In this document: positions 1-13,400 of the stretch, piece by piece
How the letters are laid out: each line of letters starts with the position of its first letter
Position numbering within the stretch: the stretch's first letter is position 1
Source: Antedon mediterranea
Taxonomy: Eukaryota > Animalia > Echinodermata
NCBI RefSeq assembly: GCF_964355755.1
Contig: NC_092671.1
Location: 4,278,001-4,342,000 of the forward strand
Reading direction: 5' to 3'
DNA length: 64,000 nucleotides
Translations under genes and position numbers: made by a program
Notes under the pieces: generated by a model
The model's input: only the letters and a program-made list of their open reading frames with translations
Databases searched by the model: none
What the model was told of the DNA's origin: nothing

Positions 1-3000
1 CTTATTAGTCTTTCTTTACAAACTTATTAGCCGGATAGACTTTAACATTATAAAAACATTATTCAATGCATGCATTATTTTAACTATATTATTTACCATG
101 AAAAATATTGTTATAAAAAAATAAGTTGAAGCAGCGTGAAGTAAATAAACAACCGATTCTTCAATGAACTCCGACCCTTTTGCGTATGACATGCAAAATA
201 TGCATTTATATAGCGAATTTTTAGTTTGGTATCCGACGAAGACGGGAAGATCTTACTGTGTGATTTGTGTTGGAAACTGTAAAGAGTACTTGATACTTGT
301 AGGTGATAAATTGGTCATGCTAAAAAGTGGTTACCAAAAGTAATTTTTCCACCATAGTCTAGTATCAAACACATGATTTTAAATAAAGAAATGCAAATAA
401 ATTTACATCTCCCTAGTTTAATCAAGGCATGTTTTAATCGGTTATTTGTTCTGCAAACAGTTTATACACAGTATTTCTGAAACATAACAAAAACAATAAA
501 CTTCATATTGAAATTTCATATTTCATTTTACTCAGGGAAAGATGGTAATAGTACAATGGAAATAAAATATATAAAATACAACAAAATGGCAAGGAATTAT
601 ACAGTCATCATAAATAATGTAAAATTATTTGATTGGACCAACTTGATGTTGCTTTGCAAAAATGCTTCTTCTCTACTTAATCTGATTGCTAATCACAAAT
701 AGGTATCTTTTGTAGTAAGTAATGTGTGGTGTGTCATTCTTCTTAAAAAAGTTAAACATGGACTAATTTATATATAACCCGGCATCCCATTCCTGAGACC
801 AAAAACATGCATATAGTATTATAGTAAGATTTAGGCTACTTAACATCAAAATATGAAGAAAAAAAATCCATTTGCCTTTAACAGCTGAAATGACTTTTAC
901 TATTTTTGAAATACTATTAAAATTATTGTCATGTTTTAAAAATCCTGGATCTGCCCCTGTTCTCTATTCATAATACTGTTAAATGGTTTCATCAACCATA
1001 CTTTTATACCACAATATCTTTTTAAAACAAACCCAGTACTTTGTCTACAAAATAATCTTTTGAAACCAGCTCATTTTGAGAAAATGCCCATATAAAGGTG
1101 GGTGGTACATAACAACATTTTTCTCTTTCATGATTTTATAGTACAGTATTCTAATACAGAATATATGTATGTAACAGTATACTGCCAGGTAATTATTCTT
1201 TAATAAGCCCATGGGCTTCTTGGAGTGATTTGGAGATTTATTGTATTCTAATATTGGACACTTTTTAATAATACTTTTTAATATATGACAAACTATAACA
1301 ACATCACCTAGTTTTTAGGCCTACAACAATATATTATATTAATATTCAAAACATACTAAACACATATTTATTTTATTAATAATGATTTTAATATTCCTTA
1401 ATTTTAACATAAATGTCCTTATATCAATGAATAGCACACATAATTGTACAGGACTATAGAAACAAAAACAATAGACCTCCTATAGTGAGAAACCCTTAAT
1501 AAGGTGTGTCCCCCTAAAACCGGGCTAAAACTAAATTTCTCCTAATTTGGTTCAAGGCAGCGGTTCTACTGTAAACCTTAAGCACTAAACTATCAAACCT
1601 CATGTGACAAAAAAATGTGATGTTCCCATATATAGACATGTTGATGTCATACCACTACTACTATATTTGGGTATATCACTACCATATTTGGGCACATCAC
1701 ACTTTTTTGTTAAACTAGTTTGTTAGTGTAGACAGACTTTATGAGTTGATTAGATACTGAAACCGAAGCATAGTTCATAGACAGATATAGTATACAATTT
1801 TTAAATTTAAATAACGAATTAGCACCATAATTTCATAATATTCTAAAACATAAAAAACATGATTGTTGTGAAATCATGACATAACAAAAATAAATAATCT
1901 TCCATATACATTTAACACGTACATACTTGATAACTGATTACGGTAGATGTCTTTAAACTGTTTCACAATTTATGATATTTTTATACTGTTAATTCTTAAC
2001 AAATACCAAAGTTAATATTTATGGTTTTCTAATTTGTCAGTGATCGGCACAACAAAGTGACACTAACCTAAAAGTACAAAAACCCTGTCAGATCAATTTT
2101 GTTTTTTTTAGCAGTAAGTACAAGAGTAAATTAATCAACAAGATGTTTTTTAATAGATGAACTTTCTAGCTTTACAAAGCAAATTGCAGATAAAAAATCT
2201 AATTGGTAAGGTTTGTATGTATTTCCCGAAAATCAATCAACCAATCAATCAACCAATGATCAAATACTAAGCAATTAGCCAGTGACGCAACTTGGATGCC
2301 TGAGACCCCTGGTGTTGATGTGTTTTAAGGCCTTCTTATACATTTGAGCCCTGCTACATAAGCTCCAAGGCCTCAGGTTTAGCCATTGAGCACTCAATTG
2401 GTGGTAGTGGTGTCAATAATGTCCTATTCTTTTTCCTAATGCATTTAAATTTTTTTTTATAAAACAGACTATTTGCTATTATTATCTTTTAATGTAGGTC
2501 ATTACATTTTTAAAAATGTAATAATAATTGTAACCATAATTAATTTGTTACTTTTTAATTACAATTAATTCCTATATCATAAAACTATGATATACTATAA
2601 AACTCATCACATTCACTGGCGTACAGTCAACATACATTCTGTGAGATTTTCAGCCTACATTGTTAAATATTAATTTAAAACAAAATTTTCCTTCATACGT
2701 GGCGATTAAAAATATTCAAACTTTCCTAGAACAATATTATGTAATATTAATGATTAATACATATATACTTTACATAAACAAAAATATTCAAATTGTACAA
2801 ATATCAATCAAAATAATACTAGGAACAAAAATGGCATATATCTTGAATTAAAAAAATACATTTTACTTTAAAATAAAAAATGGCAGAGTTGTAATGAAAT
2901 GAAACAGTTAAAATTTAACATAATAGTTTGAAACAATCCACATTGCACAATCTTATATGTAACGGTAATCAATACCGATGTCATAATACCAACATTTTAA

Positions 3001-3003
3001 ACG

Positions 3004-3199
3004 ATCAATTATTTGGCGTGCTGTGTTGCATGGATCACGTTGATAACACATCTCACTTTTTTAAAAAATGTCCAATAATTTGAGGTCCCGTTGTTAATGC
3101 CAATCAATTATTTGGCGTGCTGTGTTGCATGGATCACGTTGATAACACGTCTTGCTTTTTTTTTAAATGTCCAATAATTTGAGGTCCAGTTGTTAATGC
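3004..3199. repeat. Direct duplication, two copies of about 97-99 bp
   Basis: atcaattatttggcgtgctgtgttgcatggatcacgttgataacac..tgtccaataatttgaggtcc.gttgttaatgc at about 3004 and 3103. Confidence 0.9.
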
Positions 3200-3914
3200 A
3201 CATCAAAATATGAAGAATTACATTTTTTGTACTAAAATTTATCCTAAAATATCATTTTTTACATAACAATTTTTTTTTAACATTTACCAACAATTGCATT
3301 TCTATAAATGCTTAAATTAGTTTAATTATTTTACTGTCAATATTAATAATATGTAACAAAATGAATGTAAAACATGGTTTTAAATATTTTAGGGGAAAAG
3401 GGAATGATTTTTATCAATATTACAGAGAGAGAATTGGATCATTTATTCACTGCAAAAATAAGAAATATGAATGTTAGCTTGCATTCACACTGCATGTATG
3501 GCTACTGTACACTTAGGTATAATTTTCTAATTATTTGTCTACCAAACCAAAATGTGTGTTACTTAAAAAGTAAATAAAATAGAGAAGTGGGTGTAAAATT
3601 TAAAAATATTCCAAATAAGGACATGCTGAGTTTGATTGGCATGTGTCAATACATTTTCAATTATTATTGCTGTTAAGGGTATCAAATTACAACTATAGTA
3701 CATATTTACATTAACCTTAATATTTACAGTCCCATTTTTTCACTCTATTATTTGATTTTGGCAGGTAGTTTGTCCAGTTTGTCATAATTCTGCACCATTA
3801 AGAATATCTTTGGCATATTCTTGAGAATCATCACACATTAATTTAATGCAAAGTAGCATTTTGAATAATACTTATTTGTCATGCTTTAGGATCTTCCAAT
3901 CTTGGTCACTCTTT

Positions 3915-4280
3915 ATTGTGGGTAGAATATAGTTCTTCTCTGCATACTGGGTTGAATATTCTTTTGTTTATGACTTTTCTCTCCATACTGGGTTGAATAT
4001 TCTTTTGTTTGTGGCTGTCCTTTCATACTGGGTTGAATATTCTTTCGTTTGTGGCTGTCCTCTCCATAATGGGTTGAACATTCTTTTGTTTGTGGCTGTC
4101 CTCTCCATAATGGGTTGAATATTCTTTTGTTTGTGGCTTTTCTCTCCATACTAGGTTGAATATTCTTTTGTGCATGGCTGCCCTTTCCATATTAAATTGA
4201 ATATGCTTCTCTTTACAACTGTCCTCTTTATACTAGGTAGAATGAACTTGTTTAACATCTCTCCATACTGGGTGGAACAC
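3915..4280. repeat. Minisatellite, about 41-bp unit x8-9, downstream of the DENND5 stop (likely 3' UTR)
   Basis: Unit ctccatactgggttgaatattcttttgtttgtggctgtcct, degenerating at both ends. Confidence 0.9.
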
Positions 4281-4449
4281 TTTTTAATGGATGTGCGTCC
4301 AAAACTGTCATTTACGACAATTAGATTTTGAATTTAGTATAGCTCTATTCAAACTATTGACCTTATGAGGTTGGCTATTCTTTTCTAGCTGTTTTCTCAA
4401 AATGTGGTTGAATATTTTGTTCATTGTTGCAAGGCATCTGATAACATTT

Positions 4450-7400
4450 TCAGACTGTGTAACCCCTTGTTAGAGAAGCTTCCAACATAAAATTAAATTC
4501 ATCTAAAGATTTTAAAATTTCTGTTAAGAAGATTCGAGATGGCTCATGGAGGAGGAATGAGAATTCTTCATACATGCTGTCTGTAACTGGTGTATTGGCC
4601 ATGATTGGAATCCACAAGTGTAGTAAGTGTTCCCTACAAAGAAAAATAACATAATTAGGTTTTAGTATCTACCAAGACGGAAGTCAGCTTTATTTATCCA
4701 CAAAAGGGTTAAAAACCTTTATGATCAAAACATGTTGCTGGTCTCTAGCTTAACAACCCTGTGTTGTTCTGGGTCTCCATGGATAAAAAAAGTTAAGGCA
4801 TGAACGGCCAGGATACTACTCCTTAGTTTTGATGGTACAACAATTAAGATTTTTTTTTAAAAAGTAAAACAGTAAAATTACAAATAAAGATGATTGAGAA
4901 GAACTTGAGAACGGGAGTGAAAGAAGAAAGAATAAGAATAAGTGGAAAGATGGTATAGAAGAGAAGAGAATAGATGAGAAAAAAGTGCAGAGATGGCACA
5001 GAGAGAGAGTATAAAGAGATAGTGAGTAACCTTATCAGAAAGCAATAAATTGAACTGGAAAAGAATGAAAAAAAAAACAACAACTTACTGTATTCCTATA
5101 CATACAAACAGCTGGAATTTTCCATCTTTTCCAGAAAACTTTGCACAATCATTGATTGCATTTACTCTTTTACAAAATGTTAGTCGTGAGTACCGTTCCG
5201 CTTGAGTGCTCTCTCGTCCCTCTTCATCCTCATCGACACTTTGAAGATACTTGCATACTTTTTCTGTTCAATAAATTAAATAAATAATTATAACTATCTA
5301 TGGTAAGCAAACAAATACAGTAAAACCCATCCTTTGCAAGCCCCTATTGAGGGGACAGAATGAGGGGCAATATATGTTTTAAAACTACAGCTAACCACAA
5401 TTCAGGGGACACTCTTATTTAGGATACGAATATGTCCCCTTAATAGGGATTCTACTGTATTTCTAAACAAGAACATGGTCTGAACTACTAAAAAGTTAAC
5501 TTACCAAGGAAATCCCAAACAAAGAAGTTGTTACGAAAGAACCGGGCGGATTTGAACCCATGCTGTAATATTTCATCTAAACATTGCACTAGACCCATCT
5601 CACCGCATAATAGGAGGGTCAAACTTCCACGCTGAAAAGGTAAAAAGAGAATGATTAAAATAAATGTTATTATGTTATTGTCTTTGTGCATAGAACGTGT
5701 AGCATTATTGATATGACTAAAGCATGCAGCACTACTACGCAAGTCTAAACTTATTTATGTTATGTTGCCCAAGCATGAACGAAGAAAATCTAGGGTTGGC
5801 TTCTTTTTAGTATTTGAGCATTTAAAAATAAAAGCCATTTAAATTTTTAAAAAATAAAATAAAAAAATTATTCACTACATTGCCTAGGCCTACGCCTCTC
5901 TCAGATGACATTATTTAGGTGAAATTGCATGCATGACTAATTTTAATATTAGATTTTTTTTCTCACTGACACTGAGGCTTAAGTTTCAGTTTTCATTTGG
6001 AGAATTATACGGATTTGTGCAGTCACACCATATTGTCTTTTAACGCTAACCTCTTTTTCTGGACGATAGAAATGTTTGACTATATTATTCACCGCATCAG
6101 TCAACGTCTCCTGGAGGAAATCTTTTCCTGGTTTCGGCGGACTACTGCTTCTTCTGCGAGATGTCGGGGAAGAAGATCCAGCGGTCATTGGTGAGGTTGC
6201 TCTGACCCTTATGACATCATCCAACTTCTTTGATGGAGATATTAGCTGCCCTACAAGTAATCGTTCCTGACTTCCATCACCTACACCCTTCCCGATCCAC
6301 CGTCCACATGGAAAACTATGGAAATAAAATACATATAATTTACATATAAAACAAACGTTTCCAGCAATCTTGAATTTTACAATAATTGATTAAATATAAA
6401 TATACTCACTTGTAAGTGTGGCCTGTGATTTGATTACGAACTAGCACTTGCTCTACCATCCAACGGGAAAGAATTCCTGTACCATCATGTCCAATTCGAA
6501 GGGTACTCAGTCTACCTAAGTTAGTGTACTAAACACAGAAAAGTAGGAGTTAAAATAATATCATATGTACTTCTATTCGGTCTCAAAATGTTCTCTGTTA
6601 AGCCTACACAAAGTATTGTTCTGGTATGGAGAGCTCACCTCAAACAGAATTTCTTGGGTATACTTTGGTAACCGCACCATACCTGTCTCTCCCATCTCTC
6701 CTGCCAGACATATCCATGGATTTGCTGATGTTCCTGCCTGGAATTTCCGACTTTGGAATATGAGAACTTTATATGGGACAACTGTAAAACAATACAAAGA
6801 TTTTACTATGATATTTATATATAAGTCATTTAAAAGTGTTTTGGACATGAGACTTTAGACATCAGAATTAAATCCTGAACAGATGGTTGCATTTTGATTG
6901 GATTATTCATCAGCCTATCATGTCAAAAAAACAATTCTCAAAATAATTACAAAAACTGATCGAGCAAAAGTACCTTCTATCATTAAAATGGGAGGAAAAA
7001 ATGCCCAGCACCCGATACTAAATCAACTAATACATTTTCACATGAAACAACGAAGGAAAAAATAAGTTTTAACATTATGACCAACCCATATTCAGAGAAC
7101 ACCCATAGGGATCGCTTTGTTTGTTCCAAAAGTGTTCCCTTTAGGTGTTCTACTATGAAGTAAATAGATAAAACCTAACCTGCTGATGGGAATGCATTAG
7201 TAAAACAGAAGAAATCAACAGCTTCTAGTGACAACAAATGGAAGAGAAACTGCTCCTTTTCATCCTCTGTTCGTAAGAAAGAACATCGCTTATAACGTTT
7301 TCTGTGAAAGAATAACAACATATATTATTTACAATTTAAAAATAAAAGCTTTAATTTAAAGCAACATTCATGACAAAAATGTGTAATTTGTATTTGTACT

Positions 7401-10400
7401 ATTAAGTTGAGAGATTGTATGGCCTATTGTTCAGTCTGGCTCACATGCATATAAAGCCTAGAGCCATGGTCCACAAATTCATGACATAGCGTCAACATTC
7501 TTTTTCTATTATCAACCAGACAACCAAATCAGGTCAAAGTTCAAAACATATTATTTCCAAAGTTCCAAGCATATTTATTAATTATATTTCCATCATTTAC
7601 TATTTAAATTACAAGATCTGATGTCATTCATTTTACTTACTTCATAAGTTCAGAGTTGTAAAGAACTTCTTTCATGTGTTTGTTGAGCAGTTTACGTTCA
7701 AGAGCAAGACGAACCCAAGCTCTTGCGCAACCAACGTCTGTCCTAATGGCTGGCATACTTTGAATCTTCCTAAAAATGAATAAATCACAAATTAAATTCT
7801 ACAGATTAACTTTTAGGTTTTATTAATGGACTTTTTAATTTTAATAATCTTCTATTTCCTATCTAAAGAACCAGTAAAAACCAGTTGTAAGTGGTCTTTA
7901 TTTAGAAACATGCAATTGTAACTATACATACTTCATATCAAAAACAAGATCTGTATTAGGTGGATGCACTACAGGCTCAGCAGTACTACCTGTACTCTTT
8001 CTACGACCCATGTTAATGGCCTCCATGCTTGATAGTATCGCACTTCTTGGTGCTCCACTGCTGCTGTCCAGTGCTACAAACACAAACAATTGAAAAACAA
8101 ATTGTAACATTCTTATTACAGAATATAAGAAAAATATTGCAAAACACATAAACTTCTAATCATATGTTACTTTAATTTGTATATAAATAGCAAAATGACG
8201 TATCCAACCATTCAGAGTATATGTACACTCTCCCAATACCTCTCTGAAAACCAAAAACTCTCCAAAAACCATACCAAAAAGTACAAATTCATTTTTATAA
8301 TTAAAAACATATTCAGAATATCAGACTTTCCAGAAAAACATTTTAGGCAAGCGATGGGAGAGTGGTGTGTATAAATATGTACTTACTAGTTGCTAAAGAC
8401 TGCTTCCGTAATGCCAAGTCAGCTTTGTATTTTTTGTCTTTTGATCTCTTGTAACTCATAAGAAGTGACCATAACGCTGACTTACACTATTATAAAATAA
8501 TCATATTTATTTTACAATGCAACTTTTTTTTTTATTTTAGAAAATAAATATTCAAACTGTAATTGTTCAATTTATAAAACTTCTAACAAAACATTTCATA
8601 CCACAAAAACAAATGTATACTTAGAAAAACAGGCACAAAAGACATTTTAAACAGCTCAGTGATAGCCATATCGAAAAATAATTTCAACCTTCTGCTTTAC
8701 ATGTCTTAACCGTTAGGTCACTGGGGTCTCTATGGTATTTTTCAAATTTCTATTGGATAGCAACTCTTAACACCCTCTGCGAAAAATGTTTTTAAATATT
8801 CAGATATTTACCTGTTTCTTTGTACTGTGATGACTAAATATTCTTTCTAAAAGGTCACAAAGACTAGCTATTAATGTATTCTCCTCGACCCCTGACCTGT
8901 TGACCTCCCCATGACCTAGTTCTACAGCTTCCTGTCCCATTTTGAACACAAGTAATCTCTTCGTCTGTAGAAATATGATACAGCAACTTATTAAAAAAAG
9001 CAAATTAACGGGCTAGGATGACAGACGTCTCGTAAAACAACACGATTGACATTTTGTTTTATTATTACCAAAATTAATGGAACATGCTGTATTTGAATTT
9101 TAAGTACAACAAAAACAGTTTATGCAGAATGTTCGAGGATATATCATACGTTGAAAGGTGGGCTGGTCTATTTAACTCTATTTATATCCTTCAAGGAATA
9201 AAAATATTCTGTCCATTTCATTAAATACAAGCAGGCAATAACAACAGGACACTAAGCTCGGCTTGTCAAGATATGAACTCGTAACAGTCCTGTGATCTTA
9301 TGTCTGGCTGCAACAAATACCAACAGAACTGTACTATGTACATATTCTCCACAGGGAGCTGTGTCTGTTAAGGGGCGTGTAACTGATTAAAACGCAGCCA
9401 CAGATAAACCCTTTGATCTGCAGAGCTCAGCATCCTGTTGTTGGATTGCCTTGATACAAATGACACCATATTATTTTACCTTTGTTTTTACTTCTGTTAA
9501 TAGGTCTGCTACAAATTTTGTATTTGTTTGTTCGGCATTTGCATGGGAAAAACTGTTAACGGTTCCTTTCCTGGGTTTTGCCGTTGCTTCTTTTATGAGT
9601 CTCTATAAAATAAAAACCAGATAAATGTGCTACAAAAAAAATAATTTATAGTTTAAACTACACTTTGAATTCAACTCAACTTATGCCTAAAGAGAGTAGA
9701 ACACCATCTCACAGCACCATAAACCTATACCATCGTCATTTACTTACTCTCCTCTCGTCTGGTGTTTGCCTTAAGTGTTCCGAGTGCTGCTGTTGACGAT
9801 CTCTCCCTCTCCATTGTAAAGAGGTCCGATGTTTACTATATCTGTAAACAAATTAAACAAAGGTAATCAAAAAGTTTTTTATTATATTTAAAATACTAAA
9901 GCTTCTGATTTTCATAAACATAAAGCGTGGTTCCCACTTGGATGCAACGAAATACATAACGTAACGAAATTGCAAGATCCAAATTGTCACTTGTGATTGG
10001 TCAACTTTAGCTTAAGTTGCTGTGTTGCATAAAAGTAGGAACCAAGATTATGCAATTCAATTCAATTTCTTTATTGCTGCAAATGCCATCAAGGACTAAT
10101 ATCCGCTTAAACATACTCCATCATACAAACATAATTATACATATTTACATTTAAAATTTAAACACATAAAAATTATAGTCATTACTACTGTAGTAGTTGT
10201 TATTATTTTAATTATTGTAATTATTGTTATTATGATTATTGTTATTATAATAATTAATAAAAGTGTAATAAATTATAGGTTACATCTTAAGGGCAGTTTT
10301 AATGTCAAGCACAGAAGAGGAAGACACGTTACTTAGATGAAAAGATTGAGCAAGTTAGAGTGATTGAGGTAGAGTAGAGTGAAGAAAACGAGTAGTATGT

Positions 10401-13400
10401 CCTTTAAAGGGAAGATGAGAAGAGTGTCGATTGTGGCGAAGGACCATAGTCATAGTATGCAGCATACATACATACCTAGATTTTGTTGGTTCCTCTAGTA
10501 GTTCTGGCCGAAGGACGGGGAACAGCCTATATTGCCAATCTGTTTTGGAATCATTGCTACCAATTAAGTGCGTTGACCTTGATGGAATGAAATCTATGTT
10601 CTTAGCACGATGCAAAATCATCTCATCTATGAAAGAAAAACGACAAAATCTCAATTAGTTTTGATCTTATGGAGGTAAATTCATTGCAAATTTAAGTTAA
10701 TTATTTTTTAACAGTACCGTATACAACAGAGTATACTGTATTTATTAAAAAAATATTATTTGTGTTTTAAAGTTGAAATGATTAAATTTAACTGTCAACA
10801 ATAAATTCATTAGGAAATTCCTATATAACCGCATTACTATTCGCGTGAAAGCTACTGTTATTATATTAAATCTTGCCTTTTGAGCTCATAAAAACCATCA
10901 TAAAACCGAAACTAAATGTTACAAAAACATTGTTATATTATCTTAACAACAAAAACTAAGGGAAAATGAAATAAATTTACAAAGTATAAGAATAACAAAG
11001 GCATCTCTATTATATAAATAGATTATTGCACAATCTATAGTTTATTTTTAAATAAACTATAAAAAAAGTAATTTTAATAATAATTTGGAAAAAAATATTA
11101 TATATTGTTAAACAAACAACTTTGTTTGGCATTAAAGATATTTATAATAATATCCAGGATTTAACTTAGATAACAGTTTAAGGCAAAATGTTTATTTCAT
11201 ATAATAGCCCATAAACAAACAAAACAAGAAATCACTAATGATTGAATTTCTCTATGAAATTTGGAAAGCAATTTAATTTGAAATAAACTTCTACTTTTGC
11301 AATTTTTGTATACATTATATAATAAACAAAAAGAAATACAGTACTTTTTCTCCCCATTTTGCATCAGATAATATTAAAATACAATTTTTCACATTTTTTT
11401 CCTCTCAAAATAACAGGTCAAATATTACCGGAATTTTCTGTTTAATAAATAAAATGTCAAATTGGATACCGCACCTGCTTCTTTGATAAATGGATTTTGG
11501 AATTGGTCATCAACAGGCGAAGTCGGGCCGTGTTGTTTGCAGTATTCTATACGTTCATCAAATATACTTAATATGCGATCTTTGCCCTCTGACCCGGAGA
11601 TGATCTTGCTGTCAACAAATGTTGCAAACATCTGGGTCTCGATGAAAGCTGCTATAAACGGCAGTGATGCTTCCGGTTGGTCGGAAAGAAAGGCAGCCTA
11701 CAAAATTGAATTAAAGAAATAAATAAAATTCATTAAATGTTAATAAATTGGATTACATTTTTTAAAACCACTTTTATTCAATAAAACAAAAAGCAATCAG
11801 TACAAATAAATAAGAAAATATAATCCTAGGACAAATGCTTACCTGTCCTTAAGCAAGGACATAAAAAAAATATATAAAAAAATAATTTAAAAAAAAATGA
11901 AAAAACAAATTGTTTATCATATTGCTTATCATTATCATAATCAATATTTTAATTATTATCAAATGCATATTCTTAACATTCTTATCACTAAATTAAAATC
12001 ATTTTCATTTCATAAATATTTTGATTCTTTATAAATAATACAGTATGTTGCTTGACGCCACAACCATGCATGGAATATGTACCGTTTTTACGATTTCAGT
12101 AATATTTCTGTTATTATTTTTAAAAATGTTTAATTTAAAAAACAATAGTGTTAAAAACAATGGCAAATCCTTGTTGACAAAACTCAGACCTCTATTTTAA
12201 TACTATTTTTAGTTTCATTTTTCAGCAAACATATGCTCTAAACAGAAACTCACATGACAGGTCAAGTACTATCAGGTTGGGGCCATGTAATTGAACATGT
12301 GTTAGATGTATAACAATTTAGCAGCAGTATCAAGCACTTTACCTCATTACATTATAATCCAGTAAATGCCTACCACCTATAAAGAAAACTGTCAGTTCTA
12401 AGATTGTCAATTTAACTAAAAATTGTTATTGCAGAAGTGTGATTATCCCAATAGCTTTTGAGATTGGCAATTATCTGCTTTTTCCATTTTTGGGAAATTG
12501 TGTTTCCTAGTTTTTATCCTTGGCAACATATATTAATATTTTCACCTCAGACATTTTCAAAGTTTAAATGAAATCTTGGAATGTTGAAATTAAAAGTAAG
12601 GGTGAAGGTCAATTACTATGTTTACAACTAGTTGAAAAAAAAAAAGTGTGATGTTCTCAAATATACTGTAGTGATGTGACATCATCGTGTCCATATATGG
12701 GCACATCACATTTTGTTGTCACATTAACTTTGGCAGTGTAGACAGAGCCCAAGACTTTAGGATTAAAAACACAAACCACCTCGCTAGAGTGCAATTACTG
12801 TACTCAATGTTTTACTGAAAGTTTAAAGAAAACATCTTGTTCTAACCTTGTCAAAATTCTGCATATGGTCCCGATTGGCAAACCATGTCTCAAGCGCCGT
12901 AGACGGTTTAGGCTGTATTACGAATGACTCGTATCTTAGTAGTAAATTCACAAAAATCCACAGGAATGACTCTCTTATCGCATTGTTAAACAACATGTCG
13001 TCCACATCTTCTTTGCTGGCGTGCTCTGATTCGTCGTCTTTTCTGGAGATGTCGACATCCTGAGTTCCTCTCTGGATGTCATGGAGATCCGTGATTACAC
13101 CAGTTCTCTTTACAATGTCCGCGACTTTATTGAAAATATCGTTCGATGCAAGAATGTCGTGCCTGCTTGGCATAATAGGCATTGATACGGGGCTTTCACT
13201 GCAAGAGCTAAAGTAAGAACTGTCATGATCGGTGTCAAGCCCGCCCTCAAATTTCCTGGTTAGATCGTCCTCACTTCCGTTGGGTTGGATAATGCTGGCT
13301 GGTGCAAGGTCTGGAGTAACATTGTATTTGTGAAGCGTTTCTGCAATTTCTTCAATTAGACGCCCTTTATTGGGAATCGATGGCAAGTCCTCGTGACCGT

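Noticed and set aside
164-343. 59-codon plus-strand ORF (MNSDPFAY..YCVICVGNC..)
   Set aside because: No recognisable homology; could be a neighbouring gene's terminal exon but unsupported
4375-4452. Readthrough or selenocysteine at the DENND5 TGA
   Set aside because: The stop falls at the expected family C-terminus; only 24 codons follow and no SECIS was recognised
4844-5083. Hydrophobic 79-aa ORF
   Set aside because: Low-complexity tract within DENND5 intron 19
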